The notes under the pieces: generated by a model | Seen by the model: only the letters and a program-made list of their open reading frames with translations | The model's database searches: none | What the model was told of the DNA's origin: nothing | Shown here: one piece after another, positions 19,250-29,272 of the stretch | Numbering within the stretch: position 1 is the first letter of the stretch | How the letters are laid out: each line of letters opens with the position of its first letter | Translations under genes and position numbers: made by a program | Origin: an uncultured beta proteobacterium | Lineage (GTDB): Bacteria > Pseudomonadota > Gammaproteobacteria > Burkholderiales > Burkholderiaceae_C | Reading direction: 5' to 3' | Assembly (NCBI GenBank): GCA_903856025.1 | Contig: CAIOAQ010000368.1 | Span: 1-40,847 of the forward strand | Length of the DNA stretch: 40,847 nucleotides

Positions 19250-21256
19250 TTGCGCGAACAAAAAAGCAGATTTACCCTCTGCACAGGAGACACTCGCTTG
19301 CGTACCCCACCTACCGCACCGGCATTGCGCCAGGCCCGTTTGCACTTCTTTGAACGCGGAGACTTTCAGTTCGAAGGTATCGATGCGCGTGTGGCGCAGT
19401 CTTGGCGGCGCAGCCTGGCGGCCGGGTTGTTGCCCACCGGGCCATTGCGTGACACGGCGCATGCCGGTGCCGCCGAGCTGAGTCGACTCATGGCCAGTCA
19501 ACATGAGCTGCTGGTGCATTCCCGCCCGGTGATGGAGGTGCTGTTTGAACAGGTGCAAGGCAGTCAGAGCATGGTGATCCTGGCAGATGCGCGTGGTACC
19601 TTGATGCATACGCTGGGGCGTACTGATTTTTTGCAACGTGCCCAGCAGGTCGCACTGTCTTGTGGTGCTTCATGGCAGGAGCAGCACCGTGGCACCAACG
19701 CCATTGGCACCGCACTGGCAGAAGGCTGCAGCATTGAAATCCATGGTGGCGAGCATTTCTTTGAGCGCAATGACTTTTTGACCTGTACCGCTGCCCCAAT
19801 TGTTTCGGCGACCGGGGAACTGATGGGCGTGCTGGATATTTCAGGGGACCATCGTGGTGGCCATCCGCATACCTATGGTTTGGTCAGCATGGCCGCGCGC
19901 CTGATCGAAAACCGTTTGATGAGCACGACGTGCCGCCAGCACATTCGCGTTCATTTGCACGCTCAGCGTGAGGGTATTGGCACAGTGGCCGAAGGTATTC
20001 TGGCGCTCTCGGGTGATGGCTGGGTGGTGGGGGCCAACCGGGCCGCACTGGTGCAGCTGAAACTGACCACTGCAGACCTGGGTGCGGTGCGGGTCAACAC
20101 CCTGTTTGATGTGTCGTTGGACGTGCTATTGCAGCAACACAAACGCCGTCCGGGCCAACCGATGCAGCTGCACCGGCATGACGGGGTGACTTTGTTTGCT
20201 CTTGTGCAGCATGACGCGGCTACCCTGGGTGCACCCCGTAGTTCGGCGCAACTGCCCGCAGTCGGCCACGTGGCTGGCCAGGTTGGTGTTGAAGATGCCC
20301 TGGCGCAGTTGGACACCGGCGACTTGCGCTGGCGTAGCGCGGCAGACAAGGCGCGGCGTGTGCTGGACAAACCGATTGCGTTGCTGATTCAGGGGGAGTC
20401 TGGCGTGGGCAAGGAACTGTTTGCGCGCGCCGCCCATGACAGCGGGCCGCGTTGTGCCAAGCCGTTTGTCGCCATCAATTGCGCGGCGGTGCCTGAGAAC
20501 CTGATCGAGGCCGAGCTTTTTGGTTACACCTCAGGTGCATTCACGGGTGCACGGCGTGACGGTAACCCGGGGCGCCTGCGCCAAGCCCACGGCGGCACGC
20601 TGTTTCTGGATGAAATTGGCGACATGCCGTTGCCTTTGCAGGCACGTCTGTTGCGGGTGCTGCAGGAGCGCGAAGTCAGCCCGTTGGGAGGAGGACCGGC
20701 GGTGGCAGTCGACTTTGCCCTGATTTGCGCGACCCATTGCAAGCTGCGTGAAGCCGCAGAGCAGGGGCGTTTTCGCAGCGACTTGTATTACCGCATCAAT
20801 GGACTGATGGTGCAGTTACCGCCTTTGCGTGAACGCACCGATTTTGTGGTGCTGACGCAGCGTCTGCTGAGCGACCTGAACCCGCAGCGTAGCCTGCATG
20901 TGGCACCGGCGTTGCTGGCGCGTCTGAGCGCGTACATCTGGCCCGGCAACCTGCGCCAATATGCCAACGCCTTGCGCACCGCCTGCGCCATGCTGGAGCC
21001 GCATGAGCTGTGTATTGACTGGGTGCATTTGCCGGATGATTTGCAGGAGGATTTGACCGCGCAGTCTGTACAAACACATAGGCAAGGTGCCACGCCTTCA
21101 GGCCTGACTCCTGTCAGCGAGTCGTCGCAAAGCCTGGCGCAGCTCTCGCAAGCGGCCATGCACCAGGCACTGGCAACCAGCGGCGGCAACATGTCGCAGG
21201 CGGCCAGGCATCTGGGTATCAGCCGCCAGACGCTGTACCGAAAGCTCAATCAATAA
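19250..21256 (+). CDS. Sigma54-dependent activator, GAF-AAA+-Fis (AcoR-like)
   Basis: GAF (GTNAIGTAL, LTCTAAPI), GESGVGKE, GAFTGA, LFLDEIGD, WPGNLRQ, Fis HTH GISRQTLYRKL. Start (TTG) uncertain. Confidence 0.93.
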   Translation: MREQKSRFTLCTGDTRLRTPPTAPALRQARLHFFERGDFQFEGIDARVAQSWRRSLAAGLLPTGPLRDTAHAGAAELSRLMASQHELLVHSRPVMEVLFEQVQGSQSMVILADARGTLMHTLGRTDFLQRAQQVALSCGASWQEQHRGTNAIGTALAEGCSIEIHGGEHFFERNDFLTCTAAPIVSATGELMGVLDISGDHRGGHPHTYGLVSMAARLIENRLMSTTCRQHIRVHLHAQREGIGTVAEGILALSGDGWVVGANRAALVQLKLTTADLGAVRVNTLFDVSLDVLLQQHKRRPGQPMQLHRHDGVTLFALVQHDAATLGAPRSSAQLPAVGHVAGQVGVEDALAQLDTGDLRWRSAADKARRVLDKPIALLIQGESGVGKELFARAAHDSGPRCAKPFVAINCAAVPENLIEAELFGYTSGAFTGARRDGNPGRLRQAHGGTLFLDEIGDMPLPLQARLLRVLQEREVSPLGGGPAVAVDFALICATHCKLREAAEQGRFRSDLYYRINGLMVQLPPLRERTDFVVLTQRLLSDLNPQRSLHVAPALLARLSAYIWPGNLRQYANALRTACAMLEPHELCIDWVHLPDDLQEDLTAQSVQTHRQGATPSGLTPVSESSQSLAQLSQAAMHQALATSGGNMSQAARHLGISRQTLYRKLNQ

Positions 21257-21267
21257 GGGATAACTGT

Positions 21268-21330
21268 TGCTATATTAGTAATAGCTTGTTACGCAAGAAA
21301 CAAGTGGGCTACAGGCCAATTTTGCTTATA
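21268..21330 (+). repeat. Dispersed fixed-spacing element, copy 3 (intergenic)
   Basis: TGCT atattagta ATAGC ttgttacgcaagaaac AAGTGGGCTA caggccaatttt. Confidence 0.85.
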
Positions 21331-21399
21331 AAATTCTGATGCATGGTTTGATCCGCCCACGGTTCACTGCGGCGTGCACCTGGCTCCAAGGACAACTGT

Positions 21400-22362
21400 A
21401 TGAATTTGTTTACATCCCTGCGCTACCTGGCCGCTTTGCATCAGCACAAACATTTTGGGCGAGCCGCCGATGCGTGTCACATTACCCAACCCGCGTTTTC
21501 CAATGCGATTCGTGCGCTTGAGGAAGAGTTTGGTACGGCCATCGTCAAACGTGGGCGGGCCTTTGAGAGTTTTACGCCTGAGGGGGAGCGCATCTTCATC
21601 AGTGCCCAACGCATGTTGCATGAGCAAGAGATGTTGCTGCAAGACCTCAAAGGCAAGTCGGATCAGCCTGTTGGTGCGTTGACTTTGGGCGCGGTGCCCT
21701 CGGTGATGCCGATCGCAGCTCGATTTGCCGGGTATTTGCACGCCCGCCACCCCGGCTTGTCCCTGACGGTTCGGTCCATGAGTTCGCAAGAAATTGAATC
21801 GGGGCTGGAGAACCTGTTGGTCGACCTGGGTCTGGGGTACACCGACCGACTCAAGTCCCGTGCAGCCAAGTTGGCCACCATCCATCAATACACGGAGCGG
21901 TATTTTTTACTCCGGCGTGCGGTCAAACCCGGCCGTGCAGGTCTGGGCATGGTGAGTCACCCCATGTCCTGGGAGGCAGCGTCGAAATTGCCTTTGTGTT
22001 TGTTGACACCCGAGATGCATAACCGCTCCATTGTGGACGCCACTTTCAGACAAATCGGCATCCATGTCGACCCTGTGATTGAAACCAACTCCATATTGAC
22101 GCTGGGCTTGACTGTGCTGGTGGGAGAGGTCTATAGCATTCTGCCTGGCGCATTGGTGGCGGTGCTGCAAGGCTATGCGGAACTGGAGGCGGTGCCGCTG
22201 GTGGACCCCGATGTGATGACACCTATCGGGTTCATGTTTACAAACTCTGACCGACGCTCGAACGCGATGCGGGCTGCATTGGCAATGGCCACGGATGCTG
22301 AATGGTTGGCGCATATGGCTGCACATGTGGGATTGCTAGGGATCGCTGCAACGAACGGTTGA
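21400..22362 (+). CDS. LysR-family transcriptional regulator
   Basis: HFGRAADACHITQPAFSNAIRALEEEFG HTH; LysR substrate domain; upstream of the OFA transporter and fds genes. Confidence 0.93.
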   Translation: MNLFTSLRYLAALHQHKHFGRAADACHITQPAFSNAIRALEEEFGTAIVKRGRAFESFTPEGERIFISAQRMLHEQEMLLQDLKGKSDQPVGALTLGAVPSVMPIAARFAGYLHARHPGLSLTVRSMSSQEIESGLENLLVDLGLGYTDRLKSRAAKLATIHQYTERYFLLRRAVKPGRAGLGMVSHPMSWEAASKLPLCLLTPEMHNRSIVDATFRQIGIHVDPVIETNSILTLGLTVLVGEVYSILPGALVAVLQGYAELEAVPLVDPDVMTPIGFMFTNSDRRSNAMRAALAMATDAEWLAHMAAHVGLLGIAATNG

Positions 22363-22416
22363 TTTCAAGTCTCCGGGTTCAACGTCCAACTGCGTGCCAA
22401 GCAGAAGAGTTTCTAC

Positions 22417-22431
22417 ATTCACGCATTGAAT
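22417..22431. promoter_or_regulatory. Putative LysR recognition site
   Basis: ATTCA-cgcat-TGAAT dyad (T-N11-A) about 100 bp upstream of the MFS gene. Confidence 0.45.
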
Positions 22432-22529
22432 AGGGCGATGTCCAAAATAAATTTGTGAACGCATGGGCCTAACTGGATACTGCCGCCAGCTCACAAAAAA
22501 GTGAGCGTATAAATACATTAGGAGACAGC

Positions 22530-24203
22530 ATGACATCAATCGCGATGGGGTCCAATTTGGACCTCGAGGAAAAGCTGGGCATTCTCAGCAAAGAACACAT
22601 TGTGGCGGGCCCCGGTTTCAACCGTTGGCTGGTACCGCCAGCGGCCCTGGCCATTCACCTGTGCATTGGCATGGCCTACGGTTTCTCGGTGTTCTGGCTT
22701 CCCTTGTCCAAGGCGCTGGGTATCAAAGACCCCATCAAGTGCGGCCCAGATGTGGGTTTTTTCGGGCAACTTTTTACCACCACCTGCGACTGGCAAATTT
22801 CTACCCTGGGCTGGATGTACACGCTGTTTTTTGTCTTGCTGGGGTCATCGGCTTCGCTCTGGGGCGGCTGGCTGGAACGCGTCGGTCCGCGCAAGGTCGG
22901 TGTGGTGTCGGCCTTTTGCTGGTGCGGTGGCATGATGTTCTCGGCTCTGGGCGTGTACTTGCATCAATTCTGGATGATGGTGCTTGGATCGGGTGTGATC
23001 GGCGGAATAGGGCTCGGTTTGGGGTATATCTCACCGGTATCGACACTGATTAAGTGGTTTCCTGACCGTCGGGGCATGGCAGCTGGCATGGCCATCATGG
23101 GCTTTGGTGGCGGCGCAATGATCGGCTCACCCCTGGCTGCTGACTTGATGAAGTACTTTGCCACACCCACCGATGTGGGGGTGATGCAGACCTTTATGGT
23201 GATGGCGCTGGTCTATTTTGTGTTCATGATGGCAGGCGCTTTTGGCTACCGCATTCCGGAATCAGGCTGGAAGCCAGCAGGTTGGACACCGAAACCGTCG
23301 CAGGTCAACAACGCCATGATTACCCCGCACCACGTGCATGTCAGCAAAGTCTGGGGTATTCCGCAGTTCTGGCTGATCTGGATGGTGCTTTGCATGAATG
23401 TGAGTGCCGGTATTGGCGTGATCGGTATGGCTTCGCCCATGCTGCAAGAAGTGTTTGGCGGTGCACTCATTGGCATACCCCTGAAGTTTGGCGATTTGGG
23501 CAAAGTGCAGCTGGCCGCCATTGCAGGTGTGGCTGCGGGTTTTACGGCCTTGTTAAGCCTTTTCAATATTGGCGGCCGGTTTTTCTGGGCTTCGATTTCC
23601 GACAAACTTGGCAGACGCCTGACGTACGCCATTTTCTTTGTCTTGGGCGGGGTTCTGTATTTCAGCGTTCCGGGCAGCGCGGCGGCGGGCTCCAAAGTAC
23701 TCTTTGTGGCTGCGTTTTGCGTGATTTTGAGCATGTACGGCGGCGGTTTTGCAACCGTGCCGGCTTACCTTGCCGACATCTTTGGCACCCAGATGGTGGG
23801 CGCGATCCATGGGCGTCTGTTGACTGCCTGGGCGACGGCGGGCATTGTTGGTCCAGTGGTGGTGAATTACATGCGCGACTACCAGATTGGTCTGGGCTTG
23901 CCGCGTGAGCAGGTCTATAACCAAACCATGTACATCCTGGTCGGCTTTCTGGTTGTGGGCTTGATTTGCAACCTGCTGGTGCGCCCATTGAATCCCAAGT
24001 GGTTCATGACGCCGGAGGAACTGGCGATCGAAAAACGCCTCGCGCACGAAAAGGTCAAAGCCTCAGAGTTGCATAGCGACGGTACACACGCCCATGACAA
24101 ACCCAGCAACCCGGTATTTGTTGTGCTGGCCTGGGCGGCAGTGGGCATTCCACTGGCGTGGGGTGTGTACCGCACTTCGATCACAGTGGCCAAATTTTTC
24201 TAA
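22530..24203 (+). CDS. OFA-family MFS transporter (oxalate/formate antiporter-like)
   Basis: FNRWLVPPAALAIHLCIG, GLGYISPVSTLIKWFPDRRGMA, YGGGFATVPAYLAD, GAIHGRLLTAW. Confidence 0.9.
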   Translation: MTSIAMGSNLDLEEKLGILSKEHIVAGPGFNRWLVPPAALAIHLCIGMAYGFSVFWLPLSKALGIKDPIKCGPDVGFFGQLFTTTCDWQISTLGWMYTLFFVLLGSSASLWGGWLERVGPRKVGVVSAFCWCGGMMFSALGVYLHQFWMMVLGSGVIGGIGLGLGYISPVSTLIKWFPDRRGMAAGMAIMGFGGGAMIGSPLAADLMKYFATPTDVGVMQTFMVMALVYFVFMMAGAFGYRIPESGWKPAGWTPKPSQVNNAMITPHHVHVSKVWGIPQFWLIWMVLCMNVSAGIGVIGMASPMLQEVFGGALIGIPLKFGDLGKVQLAAIAGVAAGFTALLSLFNIGGRFFWASISDKLGRRLTYAIFFVLGGVLYFSVPGSAAAGSKVLFVAAFCVILSMYGGGFATVPAYLADIFGTQMVGAIHGRLLTAWATAGIVGPVVVNYMRDYQIGLGLPREQVYNQTMYILVGFLVVGLICNLLVRPLNPKWFMTPEELAIEKRLAHEKVKASELHSDGTHAHDKPSNPVFVVLAWAAVGIPLAWGVYRTSITVAKFF

Positions 24204-24230
24204 TTGCCAGCGATTTTTGTTGAGTTGAAA

Positions 24231-24267
24231 GTGAATGCAGCGCTTGCGCTGCGGCTGCTGCATTCAC
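24231..24267 (+). other. Stem-loop between the MFS gene and fdsG
   Basis: GTGAATGCAGC...GCTGCATTCAC 11-bp perfect stem, no U tract. Confidence 0.55.
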
Positions 24268-24348
24268 AAGGTATGTCATTTGTCCTGAATTTCTTGACAA
24301 AGTTTGGGGATGCGGTCCATTGACCGACCCGCATAGAGGTAGATCACC

Positions 24349-24819
24349 ATGTTGACTGAAACGACACGCCAGACCATTCACGACCTGGTTGCTGCTAAAA
24401 AGCATTTGCCCGGGGCGTTGCTGCCCATTCTTCACGACATTCAGGACGCGGTGGGGTACATCCCATCGCAGGCGTTGAATGACATTGCGTTGCAATTGAA
24501 TTTGTCGCGCGCCGAAGTGCATGGGGTGGTGACTTTCTACCACTTCTTTCGCCATGAACCTGTGGGCCAGCAGGTGGTGCAAATCTGTCGTGCCGAGGCG
24601 TGTCAGTCCATGGGGGCTGAAAAACTTTGGGATCACGCTTGCAGTCGCTTGCAAACCCAGGGGGGCACCACGGCCGATGGCGCAGTGACCTTGGAGCCGG
24701 TGTATTGCCTGGGCTTGTGTTCGTCGTCACCCGCGATGGTGGTGGACGACAAGTTGCATGCACGGGTGGATGCCGATAAATTTGACCGTCTGGTCGCGGC
24801 TGCAAGGAGTGGGGCATGA
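24349..24819 (+). CDS. fdsG: NAD-dependent formate dehydrogenase gamma subunit (NuoE-like)
   Basis: LLPILHDIQD, LSRAEVHGVVTFYH, CRAEAC..CLGLC [2Fe-2S] ligands. Confidence 0.94.
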   Translation: MLTETTRQTIHDLVAAKKHLPGALLPILHDIQDAVGYIPSQALNDIALQLNLSRAEVHGVVTFYHFFRHEPVGQQVVQICRAEACQSMGAEKLWDHACSRLQTQGGTTADGAVTLEPVYCLGLCSSSPAMVVDDKLHARVDADKFDRLVAAARSGA

Positions 24820-26372
24820 GCATTCGGATATTTGTGCCCCGTGATTCGGTGGCCTTGGCCCTCGGTGCGGACGAGGTCGCCGCCGCGTTGCTTGCACAAG
24901 CCAGCCAGCATGGGCTCGACGTAGCGCTGGTGCGCAACAGCGCCCGTGGCCTGTTCTGGCTGGAACCCCTTGTCGAAGTTGAAACAAGCGCGGGTCGTGT
25001 GGCCTACGGTCCGGTTGCACCCGAGGATGTGGCTGGTTTGTTGGATGCACAGTTCCAAACCGGTGCCGATCACCCTCTGAAACAGGGGCTGGTTGATGAA
25101 ATCCCCTATTTGAGGCAGCAAGAGCGCCTGACCTTTGCACGCATGGGGGTCACCGATCCATTGTCGCTGGTGGATTTCGAAGCACACGAAGGGTTTGCAG
25201 GTTTGCGCCGTGCATTGGGCTTGAGTGCAGTGGATGTGGTGCAGCAGGTGCTGGACTCTGGCCTGCGCGGGCGTGGTGGTGCAGCTTTCCCGGCGGGCAT
25301 CAAATGGAAAACCGTGGCGGCTGCTCAAGCGCCACAAAAATACATTGTCTGTAACGCCGACGAAGGCGACTCAGGCACCTACTCCGACCGCATGACGCTG
25401 GAGGGCGACCCCTTCATGCTGATCGAGGGCATGACCATTGCGGCCATCGCCACCGGGGCCACGCAGGGCTATATCTACATCCGCAGTGAGTACCCGCATG
25501 CGGTTGCCACGATGCGTGAGGCGATCACCTGTGCGACTGCGGCGGGCTTCCTGGGGGCCGACATACTGCAGTCTGGAAAAACCTTTCAACTTGAAGTCCG
25601 CAAGGCCGCTGGCGCTTATGTGTGTGGTGAAGAAACCGCCATGCTCGAAAGCATAGAGGGTAAACGTGGCGTGGTGCGTGCCAAGCCACCGATTCCCGCA
25701 CTCAAAGGCTTGTTTGGCCAACCCACCGTCATCAACAACGTGATCACTTTCGCGTCGGTGCCGATCATCCTGGCGCGTGGTGCAGACTTTTACAAAAACT
25801 ACGGTGTCGGGCGCTCCATGGGCACCTTGCCGTTTCAGCTGACCGGTAATGTCAAACACGGTGGCCTGATTGAAAAAGCGTTTGGCGTCACTTTGCGCCA
25901 GCTGATGTTTGACTTTGGCGGGGGCAGCGCGTCGGGTCGTCCCATCAAGGCGGTGCAGGTCGGCGGACCGCTGGGGGCTTATGTGCCTGAATGCCATTGG
26001 GATGTGCCCATGGACTACGAGGCTTACACCGCCGTGGGTGCAACCTTGGGGCACGGCGGCATTGTTGTGCATGACGACACGGCGGATTTGTCCAAATTGG
26101 CGCGCTACGCCATGGAGTTTTGTGCGATCGAGTCGTGTGGCAAATGCACGCCGTGCCGCATTGGTTCGACCCGCGGTGTGGAGGTGTTGGACCGCATCGC
26201 TGCGGGTAATGACAACACCAGTCAGGTTCTGCTGTTGCGTGACCTGTGCGACACCATGACACACGGCTCCTTGTGTGCAATGGGTGGTATGACACCCAAC
26301 CCGGTGCTGTCGGCGCTGAACCACTACCCGCTGGATTTTGGTCTGGCTGCGCCAGCGACCCAAGCCGCTTGA
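24816..26372 (+). CDS. fdsB: NAD-dependent formate dehydrogenase beta subunit (NuoF-like)
   Basis: SGLRGRGGAAFP, CNADEGDSG, GAYVCGEET, ESCGKCTPCRIG. Confidence 0.95.
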   Translation: MSIRIFVPRDSVALALGADEVAAALLAQASQHGLDVALVRNSARGLFWLEPLVEVETSAGRVAYGPVAPEDVAGLLDAQFQTGADHPLKQGLVDEIPYLRQQERLTFARMGVTDPLSLVDFEAHEGFAGLRRALGLSAVDVVQQVLDSGLRGRGGAAFPAGIKWKTVAAAQAPQKYIVCNADEGDSGTYSDRMTLEGDPFMLIEGMTIAAIATGATQGYIYIRSEYPHAVATMREAITCATAAGFLGADILQSGKTFQLEVRKAAGAYVCGEETAMLESIEGKRGVVRAKPPIPALKGLFGQPTVINNVITFASVPIILARGADFYKNYGVGRSMGTLPFQLTGNVKHGGLIEKAFGVTLRQLMFDFGGGSASGRPIKAVQVGGPLGAYVPECHWDVPMDYEAYTAVGATLGHGGIVVHDDTADLSKLARYAMEFCAIESCGKCTPCRIGSTRGVEVLDRIAAGNDNTSQVLLLRDLCDTMTHGSLCAMGGMTPNPVLSALNHYPLDFGLAAPATQAA

Positions 26373-26395
26373 ACGTTGGCCATCAGGAGAACACC

Positions 26396-29272
26396 ATGCT
26401 TGAACATTTGAAAGAAATCGACTACGGCACGCCGCAGCGCGAGTCAACGCAAGAAGTGACACTGGAAATTGACGGTGAAACAGTCACCGTGCCAGCGGGT
26501 ACTTCGTTGATGCGCGCGGCGATGGATGCGGGCATCCAGGTGCCCAAACTGTGCGCCACAGACAGTCTGGAACCCTTTGGATCGTGTCGGCTGTGCATGG
26601 TTGAAATCGAAGGTCGCAAAGGCTTTCCCGCGTCCTGCACCACGCCTGCAGAAAGTGGCATGAAAGTGCACACCCAAACGCCCAAATTGCAGAAATTGCG
26701 CAAGGGCGTGATGGAACTCTATATTTCTGACCACCCGCTGGACTGCCTGACCTGTGCGGCCAGTGGCGACTGCGAACTGCAGGACATGGCCAGTGTCACC
26801 GGTTTGCGTGAGGTGCGTTATGGCGCGGATGGTGCCAACCACTGCAAGAGCATCAAAGACGAGTCCAATCCGTACTTCACCTACGACCCCAGCAAGTGCA
26901 TCGTCTGCAACCGCTGTGTGCGCGCCTGCGAGGAAATCCAGGGCACCTTTGCGTTGACGATCAGTGGCCGTGGTTTCGCGTCACGCGTGTCGCCGGGGCA
27001 AGACCAGCCGTTCATGGAGAGTGAATGTGTCAGTTGCGGGGCCTGTGTCAAGGCTTGCCCTACCGCCACTTTGCAGGAAAAAACCGTGATTGAGTTGGGG
27101 CAGTCGGAGCACAGCGTCGTCACCACTTGCGCCTACTGCGGTGTGGGTTGCGGCTTGAAGGCAGAGATGAAAGGCAACACGGTGGTGCGCATGGTGCCCT
27201 GGAAAGACGGCAAAGCCAATGAAGGCCACGCCTGCGTCAAGGGCCGTTTTGCCTGGGGCTACGCCAAGCACCAAGACCGCATCACCAAGCCAATGATTCG
27301 CAAGAGCATTCACGATGCCTGGCAAGAGGTGAGCTGGGACGAAGCCATCGGCTACGCTGCCAGCGAGTTCCGGCGCATCCAGGCCAAAGATGGTGTGGAT
27401 GCCATTGGCGGCATCACCTCGTCGCGCTGCACCAATGAAGAGGTGTACCTGGTGCAAAAACTGATTCGGGCGGCGTTTGGCAACAACAATGTGGACACCT
27501 GTGCCCGCGTCTGCCACTCCCCCACCGGCTACGGCATGGGCGAAACCTTTGGTACGTCGGCGGGTACCCAAACCTTCAAATCGGTCGAGCAGGCCGACGT
27601 GGTGCTGGTGATGGGCTCCAACCCGACTGCGGCGCATCCGGTGTTTGCATCCCGCCTGAAAAAGCGCCTGCGCGAGAGGGCCAAACTCATTGTGGTCGAC
27701 CCACGCGAAATTGAGCTGGTGAACGCCCCGCACGTCCAGGCCGAACACTACCTGGCACTCAAACCCGGCACCAATGTGGCCATGATCACCGCGCTGGCGC
27801 ATGTGGTGGTGACAGAAGGCCTGGTCAACGAGGCCTTTGTGGCTGCACGCTGCGACACCAAGAGCTTCAATGAATGGCGGGCCTTTGTGGCCAAGCCCGA
27901 GAACTCTCCCGAAGCCTTTGAATCTGTCACAGGTGTACCCGCAGCCGAGGTGCGTGGCGCGGCGCGCCTGTTTGCTGCTGGCCCCAATTCGGCCATCTAC
28001 TACGGTCTGGGCGTGACCGAGCATGCACAGGGTTCCACCACGGTGATTGGCATTTGCAACCTTGCCATGGCCTGCGGCATGATCGGGCGCGAAGGCGTGG
28101 GCGTGAACCCCTTGCGGGGTCAGAACAATGTCCAGGGCAGCTGCGACATGGGCAGTTTTCCGCACGACCTGCCGGGCTACCGCCACATCGGCAACACGGC
28201 AGTGCGTGAGCAGTTCAACGCGGCCTGGGGTGTCACGCTCAACCCCGAACCCGGTTTGCGCATTCCCAACATGTTTGATGCCGCGTTGGACGGCACGTTC
28301 AAGGGCTTGTACTGTGTGGGGGAAGACATTGTGCAATCCGACCCCAACACCCAGCACGTGGTCTCGGCCCTGGAAAAAATGGAATGCATTGTGGTGCAGG
28401 ACATCTTTTTGAATGAAACCGCCAAGTACGCCCATGTGCTGCTGCCTGGCAGTTCGTTCCTGGAAAAAGACGGCACCTTCACCAACGCCGAACGGCGCAT
28501 CTCACGCGTGCGCAAGGTGATGCCACCGCTGTCAGGCGTAGGTGACTGGGAGGCGACCATGAAGCTGTCCAACGCACTGGGTTACCCCATGGCTTACACG
28601 CACCCTGAACAGATCATGCAAGAGATTGCCTCACTCACACCGTCATTTCACGGTGTGACCTACGAAAAAATTGAGCGACTGGGTAGTGTGCAATGGCCGT
28701 GTAACGAGCACACGGTGGAAGGCGGTACCTCGCTCATGCACATTGATGAATTTGTTCGGGGCAAGGGCAAGTTCTTCAACACGCAATATGTGGCGACCGA
28801 TGAAAAAGTCACCCGCAAATACCCCTTGATCTTGACCACGGGTCGCATCCTGTCGCAATACAACGTGGGTGCACAAACCCGGCGCACAGAAAACAGCCGC
28901 TGGCACAGTGAAGACCGGCTGGAGATCCATCCACACGATGCACAAGAGCGCGGCATCAAGCAAGACGACTGGGTCGGTATTGACAGCCGCGCCGGGCAAA
29001 CCGTGTTGCGCGCCGTGGTGACGGAACGCATTCAGCCTGGCGTGGTCTACACCACCTTCCACTTTCCGGAGTCTGGCGCGAACGTGATCACCACCGACAA
29101 CTCCGACTGGGCCACGAATTGCCCGGAGTACAAGGTCACCGCGGTGCAGGTGATGCCGGTGGCTCAACCCTCCGAGTGGCAAAAATCGTACGCCCGGTTC
29201 AACGCCGAGCAGCAGGCACTGGCGCAAGCGGTGTTGCCGCTAGAGCCGGTTTTGCACGGGTCTGGTCGTTGA
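26396..29272 (+). CDS. fdsA: NAD-dependent formate dehydrogenase alpha subunit (bis-MGD, Cys ligand)
   Basis: N-terminal FeS motifs (CRLC, HPLDCLTC, CIVCNRC, CVSCGAC, CAYCGVGC), DTCARVCH active site, PLRGQNNVQG; ATG 26396 with AGGAG RBS. Confidence 0.96.
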   Translation: MLEHLKEIDYGTPQRESTQEVTLEIDGETVTVPAGTSLMRAAMDAGIQVPKLCATDSLEPFGSCRLCMVEIEGRKGFPASCTTPAESGMKVHTQTPKLQKLRKGVMELYISDHPLDCLTCAASGDCELQDMASVTGLREVRYGADGANHCKSIKDESNPYFTYDPSKCIVCNRCVRACEEIQGTFALTISGRGFASRVSPGQDQPFMESECVSCGACVKACPTATLQEKTVIELGQSEHSVVTTCAYCGVGCGLKAEMKGNTVVRMVPWKDGKANEGHACVKGRFAWGYAKHQDRITKPMIRKSIHDAWQEVSWDEAIGYAASEFRRIQAKDGVDAIGGITSSRCTNEEVYLVQKLIRAAFGNNNVDTCARVCHSPTGYGMGETFGTSAGTQTFKSVEQADVVLVMGSNPTAAHPVFASRLKKRLRERAKLIVVDPREIELVNAPHVQAEHYLALKPGTNVAMITALAHVVVTEGLVNEAFVAARCDTKSFNEWRAFVAKPENSPEAFESVTGVPAAEVRGAARLFAAGPNSAIYYGLGVTEHAQGSTTVIGICNLAMACGMIGREGVGVNPLRGQNNVQGSCDMGSFPHDLPGYRHIGNTAVREQFNAAWGVTLNPEPGLRIPNMFDAALDGTFKGLYCVGEDIVQSDPNTQHVVSALEKMECIVVQDIFLNETAKYAHVLLPGSSFLEKDGTFTNAERRISRVRKVMPPLSGVGDWEATMKLSNALGYPMAYTHPEQIMQEIASLTPSFHGVTYEKIERLGSVQWPCNEHTVEGGTSLMHIDEFVRGKGKFFNTQYVATDEKVTRKYPLILTTGRILSQYNVGAQTRRTENSRWHSEDRLEIHPHDAQERGIKQDDWVGIDSRAGQTVLRAVVTERIQPGVVYTTFHFPESGANVITTDNSDWATNCPEYKVTAVQVMPVAQPSEWQKSYARFNAEQQALAQAVLPLEPVLHGSGR

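Noticed and set aside
22385-22400. TTGGCACG on the minus strand, like a sigma54 -24 box
   Set aside because: It lacks a TTGC at -12 and points antisense into the LysR gene.
26246-26395. Longer ORF-track starts for fdsA (also aldB 19110, spoVR 13329, SDR 15956, azlC 31567, azlD 31016, aorA 36239, elbB 31550)
   Set aside because: The extensions overlap neighbouring genes or promoters; downstream ATGs have an RBS or translational coupling and family-typical N-termini.
27490-27520. Possible selenocysteine in the FdsA active site
   Set aside because: The ligand codon is TGC (Cys) in CARVCH and there is no in-frame TGA.
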